A stretch of 52,204 nucleotides of DNA, from assembly GCA_038869535.1 (NCBI GenBank), contig JAWCQY010000001.1, positions 1 through 52,204 on the forward strand, in the 5' to 3' direction. Under the pieces are notes generated by a model, which saw nothing but the letters and a program-made list of their open reading frames with translations, did no database searches and was not told where the DNA came from. Of this stretch, positions 36,601-44,215 are shown piece after piece; position 1 is the first letter of the stretch; every line of letters starts with the position of its first letter. The stretch is from Candidatus Pacearchaeota archaeon. Lineage in GTDB: Archaea; Nanobdellota; Nanobdellia; Pacearchaeales; GW2011-AR1. Position numbers and translations under genes: made by a program.

Positions 36601-36988
36601 CCCATTCGTTTTCCCATTGATATCCATTCCAGAAAGGTCTCACCCAGAAATTCAATGTATCTATTGCATCATCTGAGTTTAACCCCTTTATTCTTGCTTT
36701 CTGAATTAAACAAACAATTTCTTTCCCGTTTTCATCAGCTTTTCTGTCAAAGAATAAATCAAAATTAATAAATCCAAAATCTGTGATTACTTCATTATTT
36801 TCATTATCCCGAATATTGCATGCTGGTTTTGAATATTGTTTATCATATCCAGGTCTTAATACTAATGCACCGGGTTTAATATGATTGTGAAGATTTAATA
36901 TTCTTCTGGCATACTTAGTACCAGGATTAACAGTATTAGTACTCATCCCTTTAGAAAAATCAAAATCTATGTCGTGCCATCTGCTCAA
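33641..36988 (-). CDS. tail spike/large tail protein with BNR (Asp-box) beta-propeller
   Basis: 1115 aa. The TTG start overlaps the upstream TGA. Six S-x-D-x-G-x-x-W/F boxes spaced about 45 aa apart. Confidence 0.65.
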   Translation of the reverse strand: MSRWHDIDFDFSKGMSTNTVNPGTKYARRILNLHNHIKPGALVLRPGYDKQYSKPACNIRDNENNEVITDFGFINFDLFFDRKADENGKEIVCLIQKARIKGLNSDDAIDTLNFWVRPFWNGYQWENEWDWLNKTIITKITAGSDITYPNMIKVYGGINNGVQNNSFNNFTIYNRTKNEFAKVITSKAEGNEIRICHTNYNTNWNTGDVVILSRNWIDLNYLEELHRVNWSEITFHKIINDLKIGFGGYENRPGLTIGYRKRYYQIKKFDFPNIHPDIQESYILENLSKIDEIILDTHILEQKNYKLQINVIDGGSLTAGDYTIRLTGIIDNYEEMLIAEENVQIENNKTIEIIPNINFGIINKRLTGFGVYISNDNINFFKIGKYNITESEFNQGSWKIDNYGKISLISTLQPQEEVEIELNNGANAVSISDANSIGEWNVFNEGNLEVVSDAVDNYAFRYRKDNIVSIPETSSRAGIILPLNNITRNRYYTISAYIKSTTNKIYSFFLGESKLVLNRTQKSINVTGNYQKYDFELFADNFNEAPKYFTLAVFPGKYQFISTKSGKVYRYNGSDWQLSNSGLPLLEEGYGYYIIEFGSRLLAVSTKIYKSDNGGNSWTQITLITNANIIKVINNKIFLGCSDGKIYRSEDGENFTLVSNSISNAITTFANIGNLIFAGVFQSGVYLSNDEGLTWIQKNNGLTNSDVTILFADGNNLYAGTFGGGIFKTNNNGDNWTEVNDGLPNEDKFISAFIKKDNYLLVSLYNADNMRTQYGIYRSLDGNNWIESNAGLTSMDIYDLYIMNDKIMSADSQGRIYQSNDYGQNWSLFREFENAVVFGRQSSSVEFYIDKVSIKEKNYTVVDTFEAKEEMKDELGYNPTFNLVKGWDKALSFKGRTYYLNPFIDKRYENYLMVSHIHSSGAFMYDIASFSNFRELEKYDSNEALSMALLPSMDLLILKDSSIIVLDPETGIAKEPYLGVSLVAKNSIVNMNGIIYWCGGEDIYMYNNGQIIPLLKNTIRDLYLDTSDKQLIFAVRDKHNSYRIRLFKPEQKTEYLYTENGWIEEKKYHFPEVYRAGFRNKLYFLSLGDIYTEEAVLDYNAAEEYVMTGEFVYEL
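34400..35270 (-). other. BNR/Asp-box propeller region (approximate bounds)
   Basis: SDNGGNSWT, SEDGENFT, SNDEGLTWI, NNNGDNWT, SLDGNNWI, SNDYGQNWS. Confidence 0.6.
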
Positions 36989-37887
36989 CTTTCAATTCCT
37001 TTCCTGTTTTTTTGTTCAATTAAACCTTTTTCTCTCAATATATTTTCTCTAATTTCTCTTGTTTTTGCATCAATTAAACTTGTCAGTGACTCCGGTGCTG
37101 TCATTCCTAAATGTTCCAATGCATAATTTTTTGCTTTTGCAACAACTAATGGAATGTAATTATCTCTTATATCTAAATAATCATCATCGTTCATTACTCT
37201 CTGCGGATAACTCGTATACCACAATGTTAAAGTTCCAATATTCTGAACATTTGAACCTTTGTATAAATACAAATACTGTCCATGCTTAAACCAATAAACC
37301 TTATTTTGTTTTTCATCGAATCTGTGCAGATTATCAAATTCTCTGTCTCCTGCTTTTATTACTTCTTTATTTATTGAATCTGTGATCTTTGTAATATTTG
37401 CTATTTTATATGGTGATAAATCTACTGTAAAAGTTGAGTGCGCAGAAAAAACAGCATAATTAATTATACCATCCTGCCCTAATGCTTTTGTAATCTTAAA
37501 ATTATTATTATCTATTATTTCTTCTATTTCTCCAATTGCTGCTATTGTGGTTCCCATCCAGACTGATATCCTTTTACCCACATCATTTGCAGTTAATCCA
37601 TGATTATTTTTATTAATATTTCTTGCAGCATCAGTATAATTCGCATTTTGAATTATATTAGTTGTTACGCTTGATGCCTGATCATTAATTATAGCTGTTT
37701 TTCCATAATCATCTGAACCGGCTCCTGAAATTATTTCAGCAACATCAAGTGTAGCCAAATTTACGAATCCTTTTACAATTTCTGGATCCAATTCCTGCTG
37801 ATTTTCTTTCTTAAGCCATAATATGATAGTATTAACTACCATCTTCAGTGTATAAATTTTTGCTAAAGGCTGTGTTGGTGATGGCAT
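36985..37887 (-). CDS. hypothetical structural protein
   Basis: 300 aa, ATG with AGGGGA RBS. Confidence 0.55.
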   Translation of the reverse strand: MPSPTQPLAKIYTLKMVVNTIILWLKKENQQELDPEIVKGFVNLATLDVAEIISGAGSDDYGKTAIINDQASSVTTNIIQNANYTDAARNINKNNHGLTANDVGKRISVWMGTTIAAIGEIEEIIDNNNFKITKALGQDGIINYAVFSAHSTFTVDLSPYKIANITKITDSINKEVIKAGDREFDNLHRFDEKQNKVYWFKHGQYLYLYKGSNVQNIGTLTLWYTSYPQRVMNDDDYLDIRDNYIPLVVAKAKNYALEHLGMTAPESLTSLIDAKTREIRENILREKGLIEQKNRKGIES

Positions 37888-37898
37888 TTCTTAATCCC

Positions 37899-38531
37899 CT
37901 ATGTAGTTTGATTTGTCTCTTGCAGAAATCTTAAGTAAGCTAAATCTACTATCTCTTTATTCCAATGTTCAAAGAATGGTGAATCATATTCACCATTCTG
38001 CTCTAATGGTTCACCTGTAACAGGATTCAATGGAACTTTTATATATTGAAATTTTATTTGTCCTGTCATTGTCTGCGGAAATACCGCCAGCATTTGATTT
38101 ACTTGTATAATTACTGGATTATTTACAGTAACTTTGTATTCATCGTATTTCTGCGTGAAATACAATGTATATTGAGTTGCATCTTTAACTTTGAAATAAA
38201 TATTATCTGCTGTTCTGTATGCTCCTATTAGTTTATAAAAATTTCTATATGGGCTTGTAATTGTATAATTACCATTTTGCAAAGAAACTGAACCTGATAA
38301 TTCAACTAATTCCGGAAATATCGAAATGAATTTGTTAATCTCTCCGCTGCACATCTTCCAGAAATTGCCAAATAAATCCTGCATTCCTCTGTTTATATAA
38401 TCAACTATAATTTTTGAATCTAATAAATAACTGCTCGGCAATGCACCGCTTCCAGGTGTAAAATTACTTCTTAATTGGTCCGGAATTCTTTTAATGAAAT
38501 CAATACACATCCTGTCAAGTTTTGGTGTCAT
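37899..38531 (-). CDS. hypothetical structural protein
   Basis: 210-aa ORF in the head-tail region. Confidence 0.55.
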   Translation of the reverse strand: MTPKLDRMCIDFIKRIPDQLRSNFTPGSGALPSSYLLDSKIIVDYINRGMQDLFGNFWKMCSGEINKFISIFPELVELSGSVSLQNGNYTITSPYRNFYKLIGAYRTADNIYFKVKDATQYTLYFTQKYDEYKVTVNNPVIIQVNQMLAVFPQTMTGQIKFQYIKVPLNPVTGEPLEQNGEYDSPFFEHWNKEIVDLAYLRFLQETNQTT

Positions 38532-38534
38532 TCT

Positions 38535-39164
38535 CTACCATATACTCTTACTTTCTATAAAATTCATTTTGTTTGGAATCGGTTTTATCCTTGTTAATTC
38601 ATAATTAAATTCATTCAAAAACTGTACTCTTAAATTTCCTGCAAATAATTGAGAAGTTGCATAAAGTTCTATCGCTTTATCAAAATATTCAGGCAGTTCG
38701 GGATCAGTTGTTTCGTTTATTGTTGATGTTGATGAACTTAAATTGACTATAAGTTTAATAATATTTCCTTCATAATTTGCACCTGGTTTTGGATATACAA
38801 TTAACTTGTTATCGTATACTGTTCCAATTACTGGTTGACTTATTCCATAAGTATAATGTCTTTGTCTATACAAGAATTCTTTATTTGTTAATATCTCAAA
38901 TCCATATACCCAATTATCCGGTATCTTAATTGATTTAATAACTGCTACATTTCTCTTACTCTGATCCGAACTTAAAATATATTCAACTTGATTTTGATGT
39001 AATGTTATTTCTATCTCTTTTATTATTCCTGTCTCGTTAATAATTAAATCCTGAGCTCTCTGCATTTGGGAATATATTTCCTCGTCAGTAACATCACTTT
39101 CATATAAACCATGCCTTTTCAAATTGCTTAATATATTGCTTTTTATTTTTGTTGATCGATTCAT
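38535..39164 (-). CDS. hypothetical structural protein
   Basis: 209 aa. TAATG junction with the upstream gene. Confidence 0.55.
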   Translation of the reverse strand: MNRSTKIKSNILSNLKRHGLYESDVTDEEIYSQMQRAQDLIINETGIIKEIEITLHQNQVEYILSSDQSKRNVAVIKSIKIPDNWVYGFEILTNKEFLYRQRHYTYGISQPVIGTVYDNKLIVYPKPGANYEGNIIKLIVNLSSSTSTINETTDPELPEYFDKAIELYATSQLFAGNLRVQFLNEFNYELTRIKPIPNKMNFIESKSIW

Positions 39165-39649
39165 TATAAATCAACTTCTCCTGATTTCTTTTCCCGAAGG
39201 GATGAATTCCCAGATTTCACTTTTATATCATGTATAATTCTCTCAATTATTCTTTCACTGCTCTGATTTTCAACTTTTTTTAACCCCAATGCTTTTGCTG
39301 TTAGTATCAAATTTTTCTTTTCAAGTTCATTTAATGCTATCTCAAGTCTGTCATGGTTTATTTCAAGAAATTCAATTGGATTAAACTCACCCTTTTGCTC
39401 ATTCGTATCATTCGTTTCATAAGGCTCTTCTCCCGAAGGGATATCCCCTATGACTCCTTCAGAGGATTCCCGCTCATCTGCCAGTCTGTAAATATGCGGA
39501 TAATTCTTAATGTAGTAATCTGCTATATAATCAGGCACCTCTATTGGCTTTTTTGCTTCTAATTCTATAACCAACTTATCTTTATTTGGAAATTTCCATT
39601 TTGGTGGAATTACTAACACTTTATCTGCTTGGCTTATAATTTTTTTCAT
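39164..39649 (-). CDS. hypothetical acidic head-associated protein carrying two degenerate repeat copies
   Basis: 161 aa, AAGGAG RBS. ERESSEGVIGDIPSGEEP is encoded by 39429-39473. Confidence 0.55.
   Translation of the reverse strand: MKKIISQADKVLVIPPKWKFPNKDKLVIELEAKKPIEVPDYIADYYIKNYPHIYRLADERESSEGVIGDIPSGEEPYETNDTNEQKGEFNPIEFLEINHDRLEIALNELEKKNLILTAKALGLKKVENQSSERIIERIIHDIKVKSGNSSLREKKSGEVDL
39191..39212. repeat. palindromic element, degenerate fragment
   Basis: TTCCCGAAGGGATGAATTCCCA. Confidence 0.4.
39429..39473 (+). repeat. palindromic element, short variant
   Basis: TCTCCCGAAGGGATATCCCCTATGACTCCTTCAGAGGATTCCCGC. Confidence 0.65.
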
Positions 39650-39671
39650 ATTTTCTCCTTTTTATTTCAAA

Positions 39672-39692
39672 GGCAGCCTGTTAAAGGCTGCC
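39672..39692 (-). terminator. hairpin after the capsid-region genes
   Basis: GGCAGCC-TGTTAAA-GGCTGCC. On the minus strand it is followed by TTTGAAATAAAAAGG. Confidence 0.5.
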
Positions 39693-39698
39693 CGTGCA

Positions 39699-40046
39699 TT
39701 ATGTTTCTTGACTTGCAGTAAATGAATACCAGTCCGATACTGCAGGTATTGTAGATTTTGTTTTATGTATGTAAATCTTAGGAGCATTTAATTTTGGGGC
39801 TATTATTATTGTCCCAATAGGTGTTGCAGCAAAATCTGTCAGGGTTGGTGCAGTGGTACCATTATATATCAGTACAAATGTTTTTTGCTCATTTTCACTT
39901 TGATCTTTTCCAACAAATCCAATGAACTGACTGATTTTTTCTTCCTGTGCCTTAGTAAGCCCCAGTATATCTCGTGGCCTGTTAGATTCATAAGTAGAAG
40001 ACCAGCTTGCTCTTTTCCCTGCTTCTTCTCCAAGTGTTGATGCCAT
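39699..40046 (-). CDS. hypothetical protein downstream of the major capsid gene (possible decoration protein)
   Basis: 115 aa, AAGGAG RBS. The call rests on position only. Confidence 0.5.
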   Translation of the reverse strand: MASTLGEEAGKRASWSSTYESNRPRDILGLTKAQEEKISQFIGFVGKDQSENEQKTFVLIYNGTTAPTLTDFAATPIGTIIIAPKLNAPKIYIHKTKSTIPAVSDWYSFTASQET

Positions 40047-40083
40047 TTTAATCTCCTTTAATTAATTATTTATTCTAAATTAA

Positions 40084-41382
40084 TTATGGACCTGGCGGTG
40101 TCCATGATGGATTATTTGGTGAATATGTGGCTATTACAAGTGAACTTGTATTCCCTATGAATTCACTCGGTGCTAAGAATCCATCATGATCATACCTGTC
40201 TGCTCTTGTATAACCAATTACTGTATATGAACTTTCTCCTCTTACATTATCATAATCGGCAGTCCTGTTTTTAAAACCAAGTGGTACTGTATGACCGCAC
40301 AGTATTGCCGAAGCTCCAATATATAATGCAAGTTTACGATCTGATTGATGAATTGGATTCTCAAGCGGATTGGGATTTCCATAATTGATTATGCCTCTGT
40401 TTGAATCATATCCAGTATCGCCTGCTGTCCATACGCCCGGATTATTTATATCAACAAGAATTAATACACCTTCTACAAGATGAGCTTCGTAAGCCCCGGT
40501 AAATAATGCCGCATTAGTTCCCTCTTTTGTAATAAGTGCTACATGAAGTTTTTCAAATAATGGATCTTCAGCAAGCTGTGCCATTTGTGCATCATTAAGT
40601 ATTAATATGCCTTTTACCTGATATGGACCTGCAGTTGTTGGAACTATCATGTGTCTTGAACCATAAATTTGTGCATTTCTTATTACCTGCATAGTCATTT
40701 TATCGTCGCTGCCAAGATTATCCAATTGCGTCTTAATTGCATTTTCATAAGCCTGAGGATCTGAATCAAACGGCACTCTTCCATATCCTGCAACATAAAA
40801 GTTAGGGTGGCTTCGCTGCTTGATTACATCTCCAAATCCTCCTTCACTTTTCGGGGCAAGTATATTGTCAGAAAATCCCCTGTATGCAGCATCATAAGGT
40901 GCGTATGCCTGCCATCTTTGATTGTATGATATAAATTCATCTTTTAAATTATCCCATATTTGCATTAACAATTTTGGCGTCAATGCAAGTTCGCCCATCA
41001 ATCCATCCCTCGTTTTTACCGGTCTTCTTACTTGATTAATCAAACATTTATTATATACCCATGTAATATCTTCTTCTTTACCTTCTGCTTGATTGTCGCC
41101 ATATATTGGCTTGGCTCTCAACGGCAGTTTTATTGGGACATCAATTGAGTATCCTCCCATGTGATTCCAATCTGTCAATACTTCAATTGGCTTACCTGTT
41201 GGTCTTAAGGTTTTTGATTGCACAGCACCAAATGGAACACTTCTTGGATATCCATGTTCATCGGTCCCTCCTATATGACCAATCATTGGAGCCCATACTG
41301 GTATCTGATGCCATTGAGACTTTCTCATTTTTTGTGATAAAGCCTCACGATACATTTTCAAATCACTATTTATTATTCCCAT
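40084..41382 (-). CDS. major capsid protein
   Basis: About 432 aa. The ATG at 41382 with a GGAGG RBS is preferred over the track TTG at 41394. Follows the scaffold gene. Size and position are typical. Confidence 0.6.
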   Translation of the reverse strand: MGIINSDLKMYREALSQKMRKSQWHQIPVWAPMIGHIGGTDEHGYPRSVPFGAVQSKTLRPTGKPIEVLTDWNHMGGYSIDVPIKLPLRAKPIYGDNQAEGKEEDITWVYNKCLINQVRRPVKTRDGLMGELALTPKLLMQIWDNLKDEFISYNQRWQAYAPYDAAYRGFSDNILAPKSEGGFGDVIKQRSHPNFYVAGYGRVPFDSDPQAYENAIKTQLDNLGSDDKMTMQVIRNAQIYGSRHMIVPTTAGPYQVKGILILNDAQMAQLAEDPLFEKLHVALITKEGTNAALFTGAYEAHLVEGVLILVDINNPGVWTAGDTGYDSNRGIINYGNPNPLENPIHQSDRKLALYIGASAILCGHTVPLGFKNRTADYDNVRGESSYTVIGYTRADRYDHDGFLAPSEFIGNTSSLVIATYSPNNPSWTPPGP

Positions 41383-41406
41383 ATTTTCCTCCAAAATTTT
41401 TAAAAC

Positions 41407-41450
41407 AAAAAAAGCAGCCTATTATTAACTGCTTCTTTTTATCGAATTAC
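41407..41450 (-). terminator. late-gene punctuation module, copy a (immediately 5' of the capsid RBS)
   Basis: Minus strand: GTAATTCGATAAAAAGAAGCAG-TTAATAATAGG-CTGCTTTTTTTGTTTTAAAAATTTTGGAGGAAAATATG. Confidence 0.55.
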
Positions 41451-41520
41451 ATTCAATTATAAATTCTCTCTTAAAACTGATTAGAAAGTAAACCACAATA
41501 ACAAATAAGAACAAAAAAAA

Positions 41521-42879
41521 TTAATATTTATTTCTGATGCTCTCTAAAATTTTATCCAGCTGTTCATCATCTGTAATTTTTCTTATATCATCAAAATCTA
41601 TTGACTTACTCGTTCCTTTCGAATGTCCTAATGTTTTTAAATTTTCATCCTTCAATTTCTCAATAGTCTGTTTATCTTTTTTAATTTTATTATTAACAAG
41701 AGTTGTAAGAATTTTTGCATTATTCTCATAAATGAATTTCTTTGCTAATTGTCCTTTCTTCAGGAACGGAACTTTACCAATTCTGCCAATTACATTATTG
41801 TCAACTTCATTGCCATTCAGCATTAAAGAATTTAATGTTTCATTGTAATAGCTCCCATTTTCATCTTTTTCAAGATTCAAGTCTACTCCTAAATCTTTTT
41901 CCTCAATACCATATTTTTTTAACTCTTCCCTGATCATTTTCACTTCTTCTTCAAGTGCTCTGTTGTTCACTTCACGGAAATTATCATTTAATTCTTTAAG
42001 CTTTGGCAATGTTTTTTCATTTAGAATTGGCAAAAGCTCTGCAGGTGTTTCATTATACAGGTTCTTTAAATGCACTTGTGCATATAACACTTTTTGAAAT
42101 TCATTTTTTATTTCAGAAGTTGTATTTTCTAAATCACGAAGAAATTCATTTACTTTTTTATAACCGCCTTCATCAAATAACGCTCTTTCCCATTCCCTGT
42201 ACTCTTCGCTGGTCATATCTTCAGGCATATCAGGATATTTTTTCTTCAATCTTTTGACGGTTTCTCTGTCAATAATTTCTTTCATTTCATTTTCTGGTAC
42301 TTCGGAAAATTCTATTTTAGGTGAAGTTTTTATTTTCTCTTCTCCCTCTGTAACAGGTAATCCAGTCTTAGCCTGAGTTTCTATAAGTGTTTTTAATACT
42401 TCTTCGTCACTTTGAGAACTTATTTTTTTTGCTATAGCTTGTATTGCTTCTTCGTTGTCTCTCAAATAAGGATTTTTCATTGCTATAGCATTGGCAGCTG
42501 CAAAAGCAAGCTCTTCTTTGTTTTTGCCTCTGTACTTGTTCAGTATTTTTCTATATTCTTCAGGCTGATTCTCTATTATTTTATCACTTAAAACAAATGT
42601 CTCTTCTTCTGCTGTTTCTTCTTCTTCCGAAGGAATGTCCCGAAGGACTCCTTCTGAGGATTCCCGCTCTCCCTCATCTTGTTTTTCTTCTTCAGAAGTA
42701 TCCTTTTCGGGTTCTGAAGTTTCTTCTTTCGATGAAGTATCCATTTCGGGTTCATCGAATTTTTCTTTGATGAGTTCTAATGCAGCATCAATCTCTTCAT
42801 CATCAGTTAAATTCTTTATTACATCTAACCTGTCATCTTCATCTATAAATTCAGTTTCATTTTCTTTGTAATCAGCCAT
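41521..42879 (-). CDS. scaffolding protein (acidic, coiled-coil)
   Basis: 452 aa, highly acidic N-terminus, long helical regions. Lies between portal and capsid. Repeat variant 42625-42667 encodes ERESSEGVLRDIPSEEE. Confidence 0.55.
   Translation of the reverse strand: MADYKENETEFIDEDDRLDVIKNLTDDEEIDAALELIKEKFDEPEMDTSSKEETSEPEKDTSEEEKQDEGERESSEGVLRDIPSEEEETAEEETFVLSDKIIENQPEEYRKILNKYRGKNKEELAFAAANAIAMKNPYLRDNEEAIQAIAKKISSQSDEEVLKTLIETQAKTGLPVTEGEEKIKTSPKIEFSEVPENEMKEIIDRETVKRLKKKYPDMPEDMTSEEYREWERALFDEGGYKKVNEFLRDLENTTSEIKNEFQKVLYAQVHLKNLYNETPAELLPILNEKTLPKLKELNDNFREVNNRALEEEVKMIREELKKYGIEEKDLGVDLNLEKDENGSYYNETLNSLMLNGNEVDNNVIGRIGKVPFLKKGQLAKKFIYENNAKILTTLVNNKIKKDKQTIEKLKDENLKTLGHSKGTSKSIDFDDIRKITDDEQLDKILESIRNKY
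42625..42667 (+). repeat. palindromic element, short variant
   Basis: TTCCGAAGGAATGTCCCGAAGGACTCCTTCTGAGGATTCCCGC. Confidence 0.8.
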
Positions 42880-42891
42880 ATTAAACTCCTG

Positions 42892-43074
42892 TTAATGTTT
42901 GAACTTTTTTGCATTCTTTGCAAATCTTGCCTGCAGTCTTGTTTTTGCATCAAATTTACTCGGATTATCTAAAACATAATCAGCAAACTCTTGTACACTC
43001 ATACCATGTCTTTTAGCTTTCTTTGTAAATAATCCTTTATGTTTCGGATTTATAAAAATTCCTGATTTGTTCAT
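42892..43074 (-). CDS. hypothetical small basic protein
   Basis: The ATG at 43074 after AAGGAA is preferred over the track TTG at 43098. Confidence 0.45.
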   Translation of the reverse strand: MNKSGIFINPKHKGLFTKKAKRHGMSVQEFADYVLDNPSKFDAKTRLQARFAKNAKKFKH

Positions 43075-43078
43075 TTTA

Positions 43079-43369
43079 TTATTCCTTATAGCTTTCAATT
43101 ATCTCTTCATCTGATTTACTGAAAAACTCTTTTGCGTACTCTGTAAATTCATTTATGTCATTAAATATTTTTGTAAATGACCTGTAAGAGTTTTCAATTA
43201 ATCCATTATTTTTTTTTGCAGGCAGTCCCTCAATATCAATTTCAGCCATTATTTTATTATCAACCTCTTTTATTCTAATTGATTTTCTTAACTTGTTTTT
43301 CTTTAAATCCTTCATCATGTTAAATTTCTCTATAACTCTTTCTTTTGCCGACTTTTGTTTTTCTTCCAT
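43079..43369 (-). CDS. hypothetical protein
   Basis: The ATG at 43369 after GAGGAAAAAA is preferred over the ATG at 43381. Confidence 0.5.
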   Translation of the reverse strand: MEEKQKSAKERVIEKFNMMKDLKKNKLRKSIRIKEVDNKIMAEIDIEGLPAKKNNGLIENSYRSFTKIFNDINEFTEYAKEFFSKSDEEIIESYKE

Positions 43370-43401
43370 TTTTTTCCTCATCGATTATTTAAAACAAAAA
43401 A

Positions 43402-43441
43402 GGTAATTGTCTCTTACAATCACCTTTTATTATCAAGTAAC
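43402..43441 (-). terminator. late-gene punctuation module, copy d
   Basis: Minus strand: GTTACTTGATAATAAAAG-GTGATTGT-AAGAG-ACAATTAC-CTTTTTTGTTTTAAATAATCGATGAGGAAAAAAATG. Confidence 0.5.
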
Positions 43442-43518
43442 GATTGAATAAATATCTAATTAATAAATTAGATACTAATTTTTATTTATTATTAAAATCA
43501 AAAAATGACCTGTTATGT

Positions 43519-43541
43519 TCAACCTAATTTTCGTTAATATT
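43519..43541 (-). promoter_or_regulatory. conserved 23-nt box TCAACCTAATTTTCGTTAATATT (copy 1)
   Basis: 22/23 identical to 48098-48120. Lies in the 168-nt late-region gap. Confidence 0.4.
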
Positions 43542-43549
43542 TTGTAATA

Positions 43550-43777
43550 TTATAATTTCTCATCCGGGTCCGGGCTGTTCCATCTTCTTTTCCTTTCACT
43601 TGCACTTAAATCCCAATTTACCGGCTTTTTCTTAAAATAAAAATTCGGTGGTGTTATTATTATTCTCATCATTTCACCGCCGCAATCACATCTGTGTATA
43701 TATTTTTCATCTTCTATGTTTTCATAAAATTCTTTTTCTTTGCTGCATCTGATACATTTATAATCATAAAATCTCAT
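43550..43777 (-). CDS. FmdB-like zinc-ribbon protein
   Basis: 75 aa. MRFYDYKCIRCSKEKEF...HRCDCGGEM. Confidence 0.5.
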   Translation of the reverse strand: MRFYDYKCIRCSKEKEFYENIEDEKYIHRCDCGGEMMRIIITPPNFYFKKKPVNWDLSASERKRRWNSPDPDEKL

Positions 43778-43985
43778 TTATATTTTTATCCTCAATTTTA
43801 TCTACTGTATTAATTAATTCATTTATGTCTATTTTAGAATAATAATATTTAAAATCCTGAGGATTGCCGCTGAAGTTTGCTTCAAAGGTGAATCTTAATC
43901 TTCTTGAATACATTTTATGAAGTACTTCTACCATTTCTGCAAATTTTTTATCACAGTCTTTTATTATTAAATCTTTTATTGCCAT
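43764..43985 (-). CDS. hypothetical protein
   Basis: 73-aa ORF, coupled to its neighbours. Confidence 0.45.
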   Translation of the reverse strand: MAIKDLIIKDCDKKFAEMVEVLHKMYSRRLRFTFEANFSGNPQDFKYYYSKIDINELINTVDKIEDKNINEIL

Positions 43986-44215
43986 TATTCTCTTATTATT
44001 TTTTTTATATCTTTTGGTATATTATTCTTGATATATTCAATTTTATTTTTCGTACGATATCTCACTATTATTTTTTTAATAAACCCTTTTAAATTATTTA
44101 TTACTTTAGCTGTATCTGACTTGATAATTAGAATAAACATTATTAACAATATAAAATGAAATAAATCTGAGAAAAAATATTCAATTAATTTATATATCAT
44201 TTCCTGTGTATTCAT
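43985..44215 (-). CDS. small membrane protein
   Basis: 76 aa with one hydrophobic helix. 4-nt overlap with the portal gene. Confidence 0.45.
   Translation of the reverse strand: MNTQEMIYKLIEYFFSDLFHFILLIMFILIIKSDTAKVINNLKGFIKKIIVRYRTKNKIEYIKNNIPKDIKKIIRE

Noticed and set aside
389-42871. Other short antisense ORFs in the track (389-589, 787-1005, 2148-2405, 17183-17530, 21539-22021, 42635-42871 and others)
   Set aside because: Their translations are Leu/Ser/Phe/Ile-rich and low in complexity, as expected for the antisense of AT-rich coding DNA. They have no RBS and are fully nested in long co-oriented operons.
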